Assembly: GCA_963715985.1 (NCBI GenBank)
Contig: CAVQSP010000008.1
Location: forward strand, 96,001 to 160,000
Reading direction: 5' to 3'
From: an uncultured Thermoleophilia bacterium
Lineage (GTDB): Bacteria; Actinomycetota; Thermoleophilia; UBA2241
DNA length: 64,000 bases
The translations under genes and the position numbers were made by a program. The notes beneath the pieces are model-generated. The model was not told the DNA's origin. It saw nothing but the letters and a program-made list of their open reading frames with translations, and made no database searches. Each line of letters starts with the position of its first letter. The stretch's first letter is position 1. Shown here one piece after another: positions 9,973-19,544 of this stretch.

Positions 9973-11235
9973 TCAGCCTCCCGGGCCGGGGTCGGCGTCA
10001 CCTTCGCCGCGGCCACGCCGGACCCCTGCGCCGCCCTGCAGCGCGGCGAGGGCGGCGGGCAGGTCGGCGAGGCGGGCGATCTCGGCGTCCGGCGGGTCGG
10101 CGCCCGCGGGCCGTGGCGCCCGCCCCGGGTTGAACCACACGGCGCGCAGGCCGGCCGCGCGCGCCCCGGCCACGTCGTTGGGCCACGAGTCGCCGACCAT
10201 GACGGCGCGCTCCGCCGCCAGCGGCACGCCGCCGCTCCCGCTGCGCAGGAGCGCGGCGCGGTAGAAGAAGGAATCGGGCTTGCGCACCCCGATGTCTCGT
10301 GAGCTCACCACGTCATCCACCAGGCCGTCGAGCCCGACGCGGAACAGCGCCGCACGCACGTCGCGCGCGCCGGAGTCGTCGGCGTTGGTCGCGACGACGA
10401 GGCGGTAGTCCGGGCGCAGCGCCTCCAGCGCCTCCAGCGCCCCCTCCACCGCCGTCACCTCGGGCCAGCCGGCCATGGGCCCGGACTGGCTGCCGTCGTC
10501 CACCATGAGCGTGCCGCCCCAGTCCAGGAAGACGACGTCCACGGGCGCCGCGGCCGCCGGCCTCCACGCCGCGGCGGGCGACTCGGTCTCGCCGGGGGTC
10601 TGCGTCATGGCCAGGCGCACGGCGATGGCCACCGCCGTGCCCATCAGCCACGCGCCGGCGACGTCCGACGGCCAGTGCACGGCAAGGACGTAGCGGGTGA
10701 TCCCCATGGCGGCGGCGTAGACGGTCGCGGCCACCAGCACGGGGGTCCGCCAGCGCGTCGGCCAGGCGATGAAGACAAGGGCGGCGGCGAACGCCGTGGC
10801 GCTCATCGTATGGCCGCTCGGGTACGAGAACTGGGCCACGCGGACGCCTTCGGGTGCGTCGAGCGGCGGATGACGGCGAAACAGGACCTTGAGGAGCGAG
10901 TTGAGTGCAGAGGATGCAGCCACGGTGACGAGCAGGTACGCAGCCTCGTGCCTGCGGCGGAACGCGAAGAGCAGGACTGCCAGCACCACCACGAGCGGCC
11001 CCGTGAGCCACCAGGAGCCGACCGCCGCGAACCCGCGCGCGACCGCGACGGCGGCGTCTGTGCGGTGCTCGCCGGCCCAGACGATGGCGCGTGCGTCCAG
11101 GTGGCCGGTGGCGTGAGCGCCGACCGCGATCGTGAGGATGACGAAGGCGACGAGGAGTGCGACGAGCGTCACCGCGAGCCGTGTGCGGGCGGTCGCGCTG
11201 AGACGCGGGCGGCCGGGCGTGCCGCCTCCGCTCAC
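9973..11235 (-). CDS. PAP2 phosphatase - HAD hydrolase fusion
   Basis: PAP2 motifs LKVLFRR, YPSGH, RYVLAVHWPSDV, followed by HAD motifs DWGGTL, TN, KPD, GDSWPND. Confidence 0.85.
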   Translation of the reverse strand: MSGGGTPGRPRLSATARTRLAVTLVALLVAFVILTIAVGAHATGHLDARAIVWAGEHRTDAAVAVARGFAAVGSWWLTGPLVVVLAVLLFAFRRRHEAAYLLVTVAASSALNSLLKVLFRRHPPLDAPEGVRVAQFSYPSGHTMSATAFAAALVFIAWPTRWRTPVLVAATVYAAAMGITRYVLAVHWPSDVAGAWLMGTAVAIAVRLAMTQTPGETESPAAAWRPAAAAPVDVVFLDWGGTLMVDDGSQSGPMAGWPEVTAVEGALEALEALRPDYRLVVATNADDSGARDVRAALFRVGLDGLVDDVVSSRDIGVRKPDSFFYRAALLRSGSGGVPLAAERAVMVGDSWPNDVAGARAAGLRAVWFNPGRAPRPAGADPPDAEIARLADLPAALAALQGGAGVRRGRGEGDADPGPGG

Positions 11236-11278
11236 CGGCGGACCGGCCGGCGCCGTTGCCGGGCGCCCTCCTCGGAGC

Positions 11279-12013
11279 TCAGCAGCCGGCGCACGTGAAT
11301 CCCCCGAGCATGGCCGGCAGCTCGTCGAAGTGCCGCACGACGAGGTCGCCGGTGGAGTGCGCGGCGTCGTGGTTGTTGGCGCCGATGAAGTGGACGGCGG
11401 CCATGCCCGCGGCCTGCGCCCCCGCGATGTCGGTGCGCTGGATGTCCCCCACGTGGGCGGCCTCGGGGGCGCGCACCCCGAGCTCGTGAAGCGTGTGGAG
11501 GAACACGCGCACGTCCGGTTTGCTCATGCCGTGCTCGTTGGAGAAGAAGAGGTACTCGAAGTAGGCCAGCAGACCGTGCTGTTCGAGGATCCGGCGCAGC
11601 ACGTGGCCCGGTGACCACCCCGTGTCGCAGATCACCGCCAGGCGGTAGCGCTCCGCCAGCTGCGGCAGCGCCGAGGCCGCCCCCGGCATGGGCTCCGGCG
11701 GCAGGTCGAGCACGAGCAGCTCGAAGCGGTCGACGATGCGCGCGCGGACCTCGTCGGGCACCGGCGGGCCGAGCCGTGCGAGCGTTGCGTCGACGAGCTC
11801 GCCGCAGAGCGGCGTGCGGTGCTCGTCGACCCACACCCGGTCGAAGTAGTCGAAGCCGCCGGCAAGGGCGTCGTGCAGCGCGAGTCGGGAGACGCTGCGT
11901 CCGAGCGCCTCGAGCTCGTCGCGGAGGACCTGCGCACGTCGGTGCTCGCGTTCGCCGCCGTGCGCGTCCACGACGAGCGTGTTCCAGAAGTCGAAGGTGA
12001 CGGCACGGAGCAT
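11279..12013 (-). CDS. HAD-superfamily hydrolase
   Basis: FDFWNTL, KPD, HVGDIQRTDIAGA. Confidence 0.9.
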   Translation of the reverse strand: MLRAVTFDFWNTLVVDAHGGEREHRRAQVLRDELEALGRSVSRLALHDALAGGFDYFDRVWVDEHRTPLCGELVDATLARLGPPVPDEVRARIVDRFELLVLDLPPEPMPGAASALPQLAERYRLAVICDTGWSPGHVLRRILEQHGLLAYFEYLFFSNEHGMSKPDVRVFLHTLHELGVRAPEAAHVGDIQRTDIAGAQAAGMAAVHFIGANNHDAAHSTGDLVVRHFDELPAMLGGFTCAGC

Positions 12014-12122
12014 GGGCGTAGGGTACCAGAGAGAGTGCGAGTGGAAGGCGGGACCCCGCACCGCCGGACCGGTGCGGTCAGCATGCCGAGGTCCCGTCGC
12101 CCGGAGGGACGGGACCGTCCGC

Positions 12123-12335
12123 TCAGCCGGACCCGGGGATGCTGTCGTCGTGGTGGTCGGCTCCCACCGTCGACGTGGCGCGCATCACCACGGTGGTGGC
12201 GCGGGGCAGGACGACGATGTTCACGTCGATGCTCCCGCACGCCGGACACATGAGGTGCCGCGTGTCGCGAGGGGCGTCGTCGGCCGAGCGGAACATGTGC
12301 CCGCAGACTCCGCACACATACTCCGTGCGTGGCAT
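12123..12335 (-). CDS. FmdB-like zinc-ribbon protein
   Basis: MPRTEYVCGVCGHMF...CPACGS (two CxxC). Confidence 0.7.
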   Translation of the reverse strand: MPRTEYVCGVCGHMFRSADDAPRDTRHLMCPACGSIDVNIVVLPRATTVVMRATSTVGADHHDDSIPGSG

Positions 12336-12436
12336 GACCCTCCTCTCCGAGACCTCTATGGATTGTTTACCCACCGAAGGGACGTGTCTCTCAGGTCACC
12401 ACCTGAATCTTCGACGGCGGCTGGTACACTCCGCCC

Positions 12437-13351
12437 ATGGCAGCCGAATCCAGGAAGGCCGTGGTCGCGGCGATCATCGGAAACCTCGCGATCGCGGTGA
12501 TCAAGTTCATCGCCGGCGCCATGACCGGCAGCTCGGCGATGATCAGCGAGGGCATCCACTCCGTGGTCGACACCGGCAACGGCGGCCTGCTCTTCTACGG
12601 CCTCAATCGCGGCGCCAGGCCGGCCGACGAGCACCACCCCTTCGGCCACGGCATGGAGGTCTACTTCTGGAGCCTCATCGTGGCCGTGAGCATCTTCGGC
12701 ATCGGCGGCGGCATGTCCATCTACGAGGGCATCACGCACATCCAGCACCCGGTGCCGCTCGAGGACCCGACCATCAACTACATCGTGCTGGCGCTCGCCG
12801 CCTTCTTCGAGAGCATCTCGTTCAGCGTCGCGTGGCGGGCGTTCCGCGGGTCGCGGCGCGGGCGCTCGACCATCGCCGCGATCCATCACGGCAAAGACCC
12901 CAGCCTCTTCACCGTGCTGTTCGAGGACACCGCCGCCCTGCTCGGTCTCGTGGTCGCCTTCCTCGGCGTGTTCCTCAGTCACCAGCTGGACGCACCGGTC
13001 CTCGACGGCGCCGCCTCGGTCGCCATCGGCTGCATCCTCGTGGTGGCGGCGCTCTGGCTCGCCTACGAGAGCCGGAGCCTTCTTGTCGGAGAGGCGGCGG
13101 ACCCGCAGCTGGTCGCCGACATCCGCCGCATCGTGCTGGACGACCCGGCCGTGACGGGCCTCGGCGTGGTGCTCACCATGCACCTCGGCCCGGACGACGT
13201 GCTGCTCAACATCGAGGTGCTGTTCACGCCGGGGTTACCGGCGGAGGACATCCACGCGGCGGTGCACCGCATCGAGGAGCGCATCAGCGAGCCGTACCCC
13301 GAGGTGAGCCGCATCTTCATCGAGGTGGAAGCGCTGCGCGCCGGAGCGTGA
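12437..13351 (+). CDS. Cation diffusion facilitator family transporter
   Basis: SEGIHSVVDTGN, HPFGHG, EDTAAL motifs; TM helices plus C-terminal domain. Confidence 0.93.
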   Translation: MAAESRKAVVAAIIGNLAIAVIKFIAGAMTGSSAMISEGIHSVVDTGNGGLLFYGLNRGARPADEHHPFGHGMEVYFWSLIVAVSIFGIGGGMSIYEGITHIQHPVPLEDPTINYIVLALAAFFESISFSVAWRAFRGSRRGRSTIAAIHHGKDPSLFTVLFEDTAALLGLVVAFLGVFLSHQLDAPVLDGAASVAIGCILVVAALWLAYESRSLLVGEAADPQLVADIRRIVLDDPAVTGLGVVLTMHLGPDDVLLNIEVLFTPGLPAEDIHAAVHRIEERISEPYPEVSRIFIEVEALRAGA

Positions 13352-13368
13352 GGTAGAGTGGGAGCCTG

Positions 13369-13644
13369 ATGAACTGGATCAACGTCGCAACCATCGTCGC
13401 CGTGATCGTCATGGTCGCCCTCGGCATCTACTTCTTCACGTGGATGAGCAAGAGCCAGCGGGCCGCCGCCGAGCAGTATCGGGAGCAGATGAGCGCCGCC
13501 GCGGCGGCCGAGGCGCGCGAGGCGGACGCGGCTGGCGAGACGCACGCGTCTGAAGACAGCCATGACGCCTCCGCCGGTGCCGGCCTCTCAGCCGCCGACC
13601 GCCTCAAGTTCGAGGAGCAGCACCGCAGCAGCGGCTCTGTCTGA
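13369..13644 (+). CDS. Small single-TM hypothetical protein
   Basis: N-terminal hydrophobic helix, Ala/Glu-rich tail, GC3-biased codons. Confidence 0.6.
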   Translation: MNWINVATIVAVIVMVALGIYFFTWMSKSQRAAAEQYREQMSAAAAAEAREADAAGETHASEDSHDASAGAGLSAADRLKFEEQHRSSGSV

Positions 13645-13769
13645 GCCGGTCCAGGGGCCGCTGATCCGGTCGCGGCCGTCGTCGACCGGCTCTTCTCGGT
13701 CTACGAGGCGGTCTTGCTCTCCGCGTGGCGCCGGATCCGCCACAGATCACGACGAGGCGATCTGCGCCC

Positions 13770-14534
13770 TCATCTCCCCGGCGAAGCGAGGCGCTCGCCG
13801 ATGACGCGCCTCTTGCAGATATCGCAGAGCCCGTCGATCTTCTCGCGCAGGTGGATCTCGGCGTCCAGCGTCGCAGCGTGAGCTGCGGTCGTGATCGGTC
13901 TGCCACAGCGCTCGCACGTGAGCAGGTCGAAGGTGCGGCCCCAGATCGTCCTGGTGGCGGCGCTGTCCTCCATCGCTATGCACGCTGTGGGGCAGGCCTC
14001 GACGCAGGACCCGCAGCCGACGCAGTCCATGGCCGCCGTCTGCCCGAAGGGCGGACCTACCCGCTTGTCGGCACCGCGGCCGATCGCCGCCAGGGCGTTG
14101 TAGCCCAGGGCGGAGCACACGCGGACGCAGAGCTCGCACAGGATGCAGTCGGGGAGCGGCGCGCCGGTGATGGGAGCGAACCGTGGCTCCTTGACATCGA
14201 GCTGCGCGGCGAGCCGCCGGAGGACCGGGGCATCGGGGGCGCGCCGCAGCAGAAGCTCCAGATTCATGGCGCGATGTCTGCGGATGCGCGGCGAGTCCGT
14301 CACCACGACGAGGCCGGCCGACACAGGGTAGTCGCACGACGTCGTCAGCTGTACCCAGTCGCGGCCCGGCCGGCGCACTTCCATGAGGCAGAGACGGCAG
14401 GACGCGATGGCGGGCACGGCCTCGTGGTGACAGAGCGCCGGGATGTCCCGGCCGGCGCGGCGCGCGGCGTCGAGCACGCTCGCGCCGGCCGGCGCGGCGA
14501 CCTGCGCGCCGTCGATGATCAGTTCAACGTCCAC
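13770..14534 (-). CDS. NuoG/HydA-N-terminal-like iron-sulfur subunit (2Fe-2S plus 2x4Fe-4S, no catalytic domain)
   Basis: IPALC...SCRLCLME...TSC; CILCELCVRVC; CVGCGSCVEACP; C-terminal CERC/CDIC. Confidence 0.88.
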   Translation of the reverse strand: MDVELIIDGAQVAAPAGASVLDAARRAGRDIPALCHHEAVPAIASCRLCLMEVRRPGRDWVQLTTSCDYPVSAGLVVVTDSPRIRRHRAMNLELLLRRAPDAPVLRRLAAQLDVKEPRFAPITGAPLPDCILCELCVRVCSALGYNALAAIGRGADKRVGPPFGQTAAMDCVGCGSCVEACPTACIAMEDSAATRTIWGRTFDLLTCERCGRPITTAAHAATLDAEIHLREKIDGLCDICKRRVIGERLASPGR

Positions 14535-14543
14535 CGCGGCCTC

Positions 14544-16394
14544 CTACTGGACAAGCACGGCGTCGCGCTTGCAGACGTCCCTGCAGATCCCGCACTTGAT
14601 GCACAGCTCCTGGGCGATCGTGTGCGGCTGCTTCTTCTCTCCGGCGATCGCGTCCTGAGGGCAGCGAACGGCGCAAAGCGTGCAGCCGTTGCAGCGCTCC
14701 ACGTCGATGCTGAAGCTGATGAGCGCCTTGCACACCGCGGCCGGACAGCGCTTGTCGTCGACGTGCGCGAGGTACTCCTCGCGGAAGTAGCGCAGCGTGG
14801 ACAGCACCGGGTTGACGGCGCTCGTGCCGAGGGCGCAGAGGGAGGTGGCCTCCACGGTGTCGGCGAGCTCCTCGACGAGGGCGATGGTGTCCCGCGTGCC
14901 GCGGCCCTCGGTGATGTCGCCGAGCAGATCGTGCAGCATGGCGAGCCCGTCGCGGCACGAGGTGCAGTTGCCACACGACTCGGAGGCCAGGAAGCGCAGG
15001 AAGTACTTGGCGACGTCCACCATGCAGGTGTCCTCGTCCATCACGATCATGCCGCCGGAGCCCATCATGGAGCCCTCGGCCACGAGCGTGTCGAAGTCCA
15101 CCGGCAGGTCGAGCTTGCCGGCCGGAAGGCAGCCCCCGGAAGGACCGCCGGTCTGGACGGCCTTGAACGCCTTGCCCTCCGGGATGCCCTCGCCCACGTC
15201 GAAGATGATCCGGCGCAAGGTCATGCCCATCGGCACCTCGACGAGCCCGGTGTTGTTCACCTTGCCGACGAGGGAGAAGATCTTGGTGCCGGTTGAGCCC
15301 TCCGTGCCGATCGAACGGAACCAGTCGGCCCCGTTGAGCACGATGTGCGGGACGTTCGCCCAGGACTCCACGTTGTTCACATTGGTGGGCCGGCCCCACA
15401 GGCCTTCTTCAGACAGGTGGATGAGCCGCCGGTGCGGCACCCCGCGACGCCCCTCCAGCGACGCCATCATGGCGCTCGCCTCACCGCAGACGAACGCGCC
15501 ACCGCCTCTGCTCACGCGGACGTCGAACGACAGGTCGCTGTCGAGGATGTGGTCACCGAGCAGGCCGAGTTCGCGCGACTGCTCGATCGCCAGGCCGAGG
15601 TGCTCCACCGCCAGCGGGTACTCTTGGCGGACGTATACGTAGCCTTCGGGCGCCCCCATGGCAAGGGCGCCGATGGTCATCCCCTCGAGCACACTGTGGG
15701 GATTCCCTTCGAGGATCGAGCGGTCCATGAAGGCGCCCGGGTCGCCCTCGTCCGCGTTGCACACCACGTACTTCAGGTCGCCCGTTGCGTTGCGGCACGC
15801 CTCCCACTTGCGGCCGGTCGGGAAGCCGGCGCCGCCACGACCGCGCAGGCCTGACCGCTTGACCTCTTCCAGTACCGCCGCCGGGCCCATCTCAAGGGCT
15901 CGCAGAAGCGCTGCGTAGCCGCCGGCGGCGATGTAGTCGTCGATGGACGTGGGGTCGAGCTGCCCGGTGTCTCGCAGTACGATGCGCTGCTGGTGCCGGT
16001 AGAACGCGATGTCTTCCTCGGTGCGATAGCGCTCGCCTGTCACCGGGTCCTGGTACAGCAGGCGCTCGACCACCTCGCCGCCGAGCAGGGTCTTCTCGAC
16101 GATCTCGGCGACGTCCTTGACCTGTACGTGCTGGTACAGGGTGCCGTCGGGAAGCAGCTTGACCAGCGGCCCGCGCTCACAGAACCCGTGGCAGCCGGTG
16201 GCCCGCATCCCGATCGCGTGGCCGGCCCCCTGGGCGGCGACCTCGGCACGCAGCGCCTCGAACACCCTCATCGCGCCCTGCGCGCGGCAGCCGGTACCTC
16301 CGCACACGGCGACGACTTTCTGACTCGTGTCCCTGGTCGCGAGCAGGACTCTCGCGATGTCGCGACAACTGGGCTGGATCGGAGAGACGCCCAC
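14544..16394 (-). CDS. NuoF/HydB-like (BfuB-type) NADH/FMN-binding subunit
   Basis: CGGTGC, GCHGFCERGP, GRGGAGFP, NADEGDPGAFMDR, GGPSGG, ESCGNCTSCR, H-x5-CPAAVC and two C-terminal ferredoxin motifs. Confidence 0.93.
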   Translation of the reverse strand: MGVSPIQPSCRDIARVLLATRDTSQKVVAVCGGTGCRAQGAMRVFEALRAEVAAQGAGHAIGMRATGCHGFCERGPLVKLLPDGTLYQHVQVKDVAEIVEKTLLGGEVVERLLYQDPVTGERYRTEEDIAFYRHQQRIVLRDTGQLDPTSIDDYIAAGGYAALLRALEMGPAAVLEEVKRSGLRGRGGAGFPTGRKWEACRNATGDLKYVVCNADEGDPGAFMDRSILEGNPHSVLEGMTIGALAMGAPEGYVYVRQEYPLAVEHLGLAIEQSRELGLLGDHILDSDLSFDVRVSRGGGAFVCGEASAMMASLEGRRGVPHRRLIHLSEEGLWGRPTNVNNVESWANVPHIVLNGADWFRSIGTEGSTGTKIFSLVGKVNNTGLVEVPMGMTLRRIIFDVGEGIPEGKAFKAVQTGGPSGGCLPAGKLDLPVDFDTLVAEGSMMGSGGMIVMDEDTCMVDVAKYFLRFLASESCGNCTSCRDGLAMLHDLLGDITEGRGTRDTIALVEELADTVEATSLCALGTSAVNPVLSTLRYFREEYLAHVDDKRCPAAVCKALISFSIDVERCNGCTLCAVRCPQDAIAGEKKQPHTIAQELCIKCGICRDVCKRDAVLVQ

Positions 16395-16886
16395 TCACGC
16401 CGGCTCCTCCGTCTCGAGGAGCTCGTCCACGAGCCGCGAGAGCCGCTCCCCCGTCATGTGGCCGTGGTACTCATCGTCGATGATGACGAGCGGACCCAGG
16501 GCGCACGCGCCCACGCAGCTGACCTCCTCGACGGTGAGCGACAGGTCCGGCGTCGTGCCGCCCGCCGTGACGCCGGTGTCGCGTTCGAGTTGATCCAGGA
16601 GCCGCGGCGCGCCGCGCACGTGACAGGCGGTGCCCATGCAGACGGTGCAGGTGTGCTCGCCGCGGGGCTCGGTGTGGAAGCCATGGTAGAAGGTGGCCAC
16701 CCCGTAGACCTGCGCGGGCGGCAGTCCCAGGTGGGCCGCCGTCTCTCGCAGTGCGTTCGCGGGGAGGTACCGAAACTCGGTCTGCAGGTCGTGCAGGATG
16801 TTGACGAGCTCGCCCGGATCCCGCCGGGGATAGCGAGCCAGGACGGCTGACACGCGGCCGCTCTCGGTGGCCTGGGTCTCGCTCAC
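16395..16886 (-). CDS. NuoE/HydC-like 2Fe-2S subunit
   Basis: VATFY, VCMGTACHVRG, CVGACALGP. SD AAGGAGG upstream. Confidence 0.93.
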   Translation of the reverse strand: MSETQATESGRVSAVLARYPRRDPGELVNILHDLQTEFRYLPANALRETAAHLGLPPAQVYGVATFYHGFHTEPRGEHTCTVCMGTACHVRGAPRLLDQLERDTGVTAGGTTPDLSLTVEEVSCVGACALGPLVIIDDEYHGHMTGERLSRLVDELLETEEPA

Positions 16887-16902
16887 GTCTGGATCCTCCT
16901 TG

Positions 16903-17175
16903 TCATCCGCCGGCCACCATGGGGAAGATCGAGACCTCGTCGTCCGCGACGAGCGGGGCCTGCAGGAGTCCGGAGTACAGGACGTTGCGCCCGTTCACCA
17001 GGATGATGATCTCGGGATTGAGCCGGTCGCCGGCGAAGACGGCGCGCCGGAACGACGTGCCGTAGCGCGCCGCCAGCGTCTCGAGCAGCGGCCCGAGAGT
17101 CGCCGGCGGGTCCTCGACGCGGCGTTCGTTCTCGCCGGTGTAGGTCCGGACGGTCGCGAAGTACTTGACGATCAT
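16903..17175 (-). CDS. MoaD/ThiS/SAMP-like sulfur carrier protein
   Basis: Beta-grasp pattern VKYFA...ILVNGR...SIFPMVAGG with C-terminal GG. Confidence 0.9.
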   Translation of the reverse strand: MIVKYFATVRTYTGENERRVEDPPATLGPLLETLAARYGTSFRRAVFAGDRLNPEIIILVNGRNVLYSGLLQAPLVADDEVSIFPMVAGG

Positions 17176-17254
17176 CGCGTGTGCGCTGCTGCGGGGGCGC
17201 CGGGCGGCCGTGGAGCTGCTGTGCAGCTCGCCGGCCGCCCGGCGCCGGCCCCCG

Positions 17255-19060
17255 TCAGTTCAGCGCCAGCTCCTTCAGCTTCGCTTTGCCGGGCACGCCC
17301 TTCTCGTCCCAGCCGCGCAGCTGGTAGTACTCAGGCAGCATGTCGCCGAGATGGCTGATCTCGCCCTTGGCCGGGCCGGTCTTGATCGGCTCCTTCAGCA
17401 GGCGCTCCGGCAGTGTGTCGTCCGCCGTCGTGTAGCCCTGCTTCAGGTTCCAGAGGCGCTCCTGGTTCCAGATGCGCTCGCCGATCTTGAGGAACTCGTC
17501 GAGCGAGTACTCGACGCCGGTGAGCGCCGAGACCATCTGCGCCAGCTCGCCGCCGCCGATACCGAACGTCGAGAACAGGCAGGCGCCGCTGGAGTCGAGG
17601 GCAGCGGTGAGGTTCTGGAAGAGGATGTCCAGGCCCGCCTTGCCTTCGGTGACGCGCGGGTCCATCACGGCGCCGTTCTGCAGCACCTCGATGGCGATGG
17701 TGTACCCGCGCACGTGGCAGCCGCCGCGGTTGCCGGTGGCGTAGTTCAGACCGATGCCCTGCACGCCGCGCGGGTCGTAGGCCGGCATCTCCTGCTTCTT
17801 GCAGGTCATGGAGTACTCGGGGTGGCCGTAGCTCTCGGCCAGGCGATACGAGCCCTGGGCGAGCTTGGCGCCGAACCCCTCGCCGGTGCCGGTCTTGCGC
17901 ACCATCTCGACCATGGCCGCGACGTTGCCGAACGTGAGCTGCACGCCGTCGGTGTCCTCGGTCGTGATGATGCCGCGCTCGAAGAGCTCCATCGCGCAGG
18001 CCACCGTCGAGCCCATCGAGATGGTGTCGATGCCGTACTCGTTGCAGAGGTAGTTGGCCTTGGTGATCGCGGCGAGATCGTCGATGCCGCAGTCGGCGCC
18101 GAACGACCAGGCGCTCTCGTACTCCGGACCTTCGCCGAAGCCCTTGTAGTCGGGATCGTCGACCTTGGAGACGCGGCCGCAGCTGATGACGCAGCTGAAG
18201 CAGCCCTTGGCGCGCTGGAGGTGCTTGGCGGCCAGCGACTCTCCGCCGGTCTTGTCGGCCGTGGGGAAGTAGCCGTCCTGGAAGTTGCGCGTCGGCAGGG
18301 CGCCCGTCTGGTTGAGGATGTTGACGAGCACGTTGGTGCCGAAGGCCTTGAGGCCGGCGCCGCCGACGGGATGCGCCTGGATCATCTTGCGCGACGTCAT
18401 GACGATCTTCTTGAAGCGCTCGGGATCGGCGACCTGCACCGCGCCGGTGCCGTAGACGGCGACCGCCTTGAGGTTCTTGGAGCCCATGACGGCGCCGACG
18501 CCGGTGCGTCCGGCGGCGCGGTGCATCTCGTTCATGATGTTGGAGATGAGCGAGAGATGCTCGCCGGCCGGCCCGATGCATGCCACCTTGGCGTCTTCGT
18601 CGGTCTCGGCGCGCACCAGGTCGGTGGTGTCCTGAGTGTCGCGGCCCCAGATGGCCGCGGCGTCGCAGATCTCCACCTGGTCGTCGTGGATCCACAGATA
18701 CACCGGCTTGGCCGCCTTGCCTTCGACGATGACGGCGTCGTAGCCGGCGTACTTGAGCTCGGGACCGAACGAGCCGCCCGAGTTGGAGGCGGCGATCACC
18801 TGGTTGAGGGGGCTCTTGGTGACCACTTCGTAGCGTCCCGCAGAGGGTGCGAACGTGCCCGTGAGGGGGCCCGGGGCGAAGATGAGCTTGTTGTCGGGGC
18901 CCAGGGCGTCGGTCTTGGGGTCGACCTCGTCGGTGATGATCTTGCCGCCGAGGCCGCGGGCGCCGAGGTAGTCGTGAGCCATCTTGAGATCGGTCGCCTC
19001 ACGGGTGGCCGTGCCCTTGGTGAGGTCGACGCGGAGGATCGTCCCGGTCCAACCGAACAT
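17255..19060 (-). CDS. aor: Tungsten-type aldehyde:ferredoxin oxidoreductase (AOR/WOR family)
   Basis: LGARGLG, KSPL...SNSGG, RAAGRTGVGAVMGSKNLKA, CFSCVISC, EYE, YDPRG, DSSGACLF. Confidence 0.95.
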   Translation of the reverse strand: MFGWTGTILRVDLTKGTATREATDLKMAHDYLGARGLGGKIITDEVDPKTDALGPDNKLIFAPGPLTGTFAPSAGRYEVVTKSPLNQVIAASNSGGSFGPELKYAGYDAVIVEGKAAKPVYLWIHDDQVEICDAAAIWGRDTQDTTDLVRAETDEDAKVACIGPAGEHLSLISNIMNEMHRAAGRTGVGAVMGSKNLKAVAVYGTGAVQVADPERFKKIVMTSRKMIQAHPVGGAGLKAFGTNVLVNILNQTGALPTRNFQDGYFPTADKTGGESLAAKHLQRAKGCFSCVISCGRVSKVDDPDYKGFGEGPEYESAWSFGADCGIDDLAAITKANYLCNEYGIDTISMGSTVACAMELFERGIITTEDTDGVQLTFGNVAAMVEMVRKTGTGEGFGAKLAQGSYRLAESYGHPEYSMTCKKQEMPAYDPRGVQGIGLNYATGNRGGCHVRGYTIAIEVLQNGAVMDPRVTEGKAGLDILFQNLTAALDSSGACLFSTFGIGGGELAQMVSALTGVEYSLDEFLKIGERIWNQERLWNLKQGYTTADDTLPERLLKEPIKTGPAKGEISHLGDMLPEYYQLRGWDEKGVPGKAKLKELALN

Positions 19061-19061
19061 C

Positions 19062-19544
19062 TCAGCTCACCTCCTGGAAGGCGTCCTTGAACTTGGCCGC
19101 GTAGGCCTTCTTGCGCGAGCGCACCTGCTGCTCGTCGTCCACGAACTCGAGCGCTCCGGTGGGGCAGAACGTGACGCATTCCGGCGCGCCCTGGCAGGTG
19201 TCGCACTTGAAGATGCTGCTCGTGGCGGCGTCGTACCGCGCGTTGCCGAAGGGGCAGGCGATGGCGCACATCTTGCAGCGGATGCAGGTGCTGGCGTCCC
19301 AGTCCACGAGGTTCTCCATCGCGGTGCTGCGATGCATGGCGCCGGTGGGGCAGACGGTGACGCAGGCGGCGTCGTCGCACTGCTGGCACATCATGGGTAC
19401 CGACATGCCTTCGCGCTCCCACGTGTACGCCTGCACGCGCGAGGCGCCGGGGCGGAACTGGCTCTCGTGTACGAACGAGCACGCCAGCTCGCAGTTCCGG
19501 CACCCGGTGCACTTGTCGGGGTGGATCATCAGAACCTTGGCCAT
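19062..19544 (-). CDS. 4x[4Fe-4S] ferredoxin-like AOR small subunit
   Basis: CTGCRNCELAC, CQQCDDAACVTVCP, CIRCKMCAIACP, KCDTC...CVTFCP. Confidence 0.92.
   Translation of the reverse strand: MAKVLMIHPDKCTGCRNCELACSFVHESQFRPGASRVQAYTWEREGMSVPMMCQQCDDAACVTVCPTGAMHRSTAMENLVDWDASTCIRCKMCAIACPFGNARYDAATSSIFKCDTCQGAPECVTFCPTGALEFVDDEQQVRSRKKAYAAKFKDAFQEVS

Noticed and set aside
13770-16886. [FeFe]-hydrogenase HydABC or respiratory complex I
   Set aside because: No H-cluster domain, no molybdopterin domain and no membrane nuo genes.
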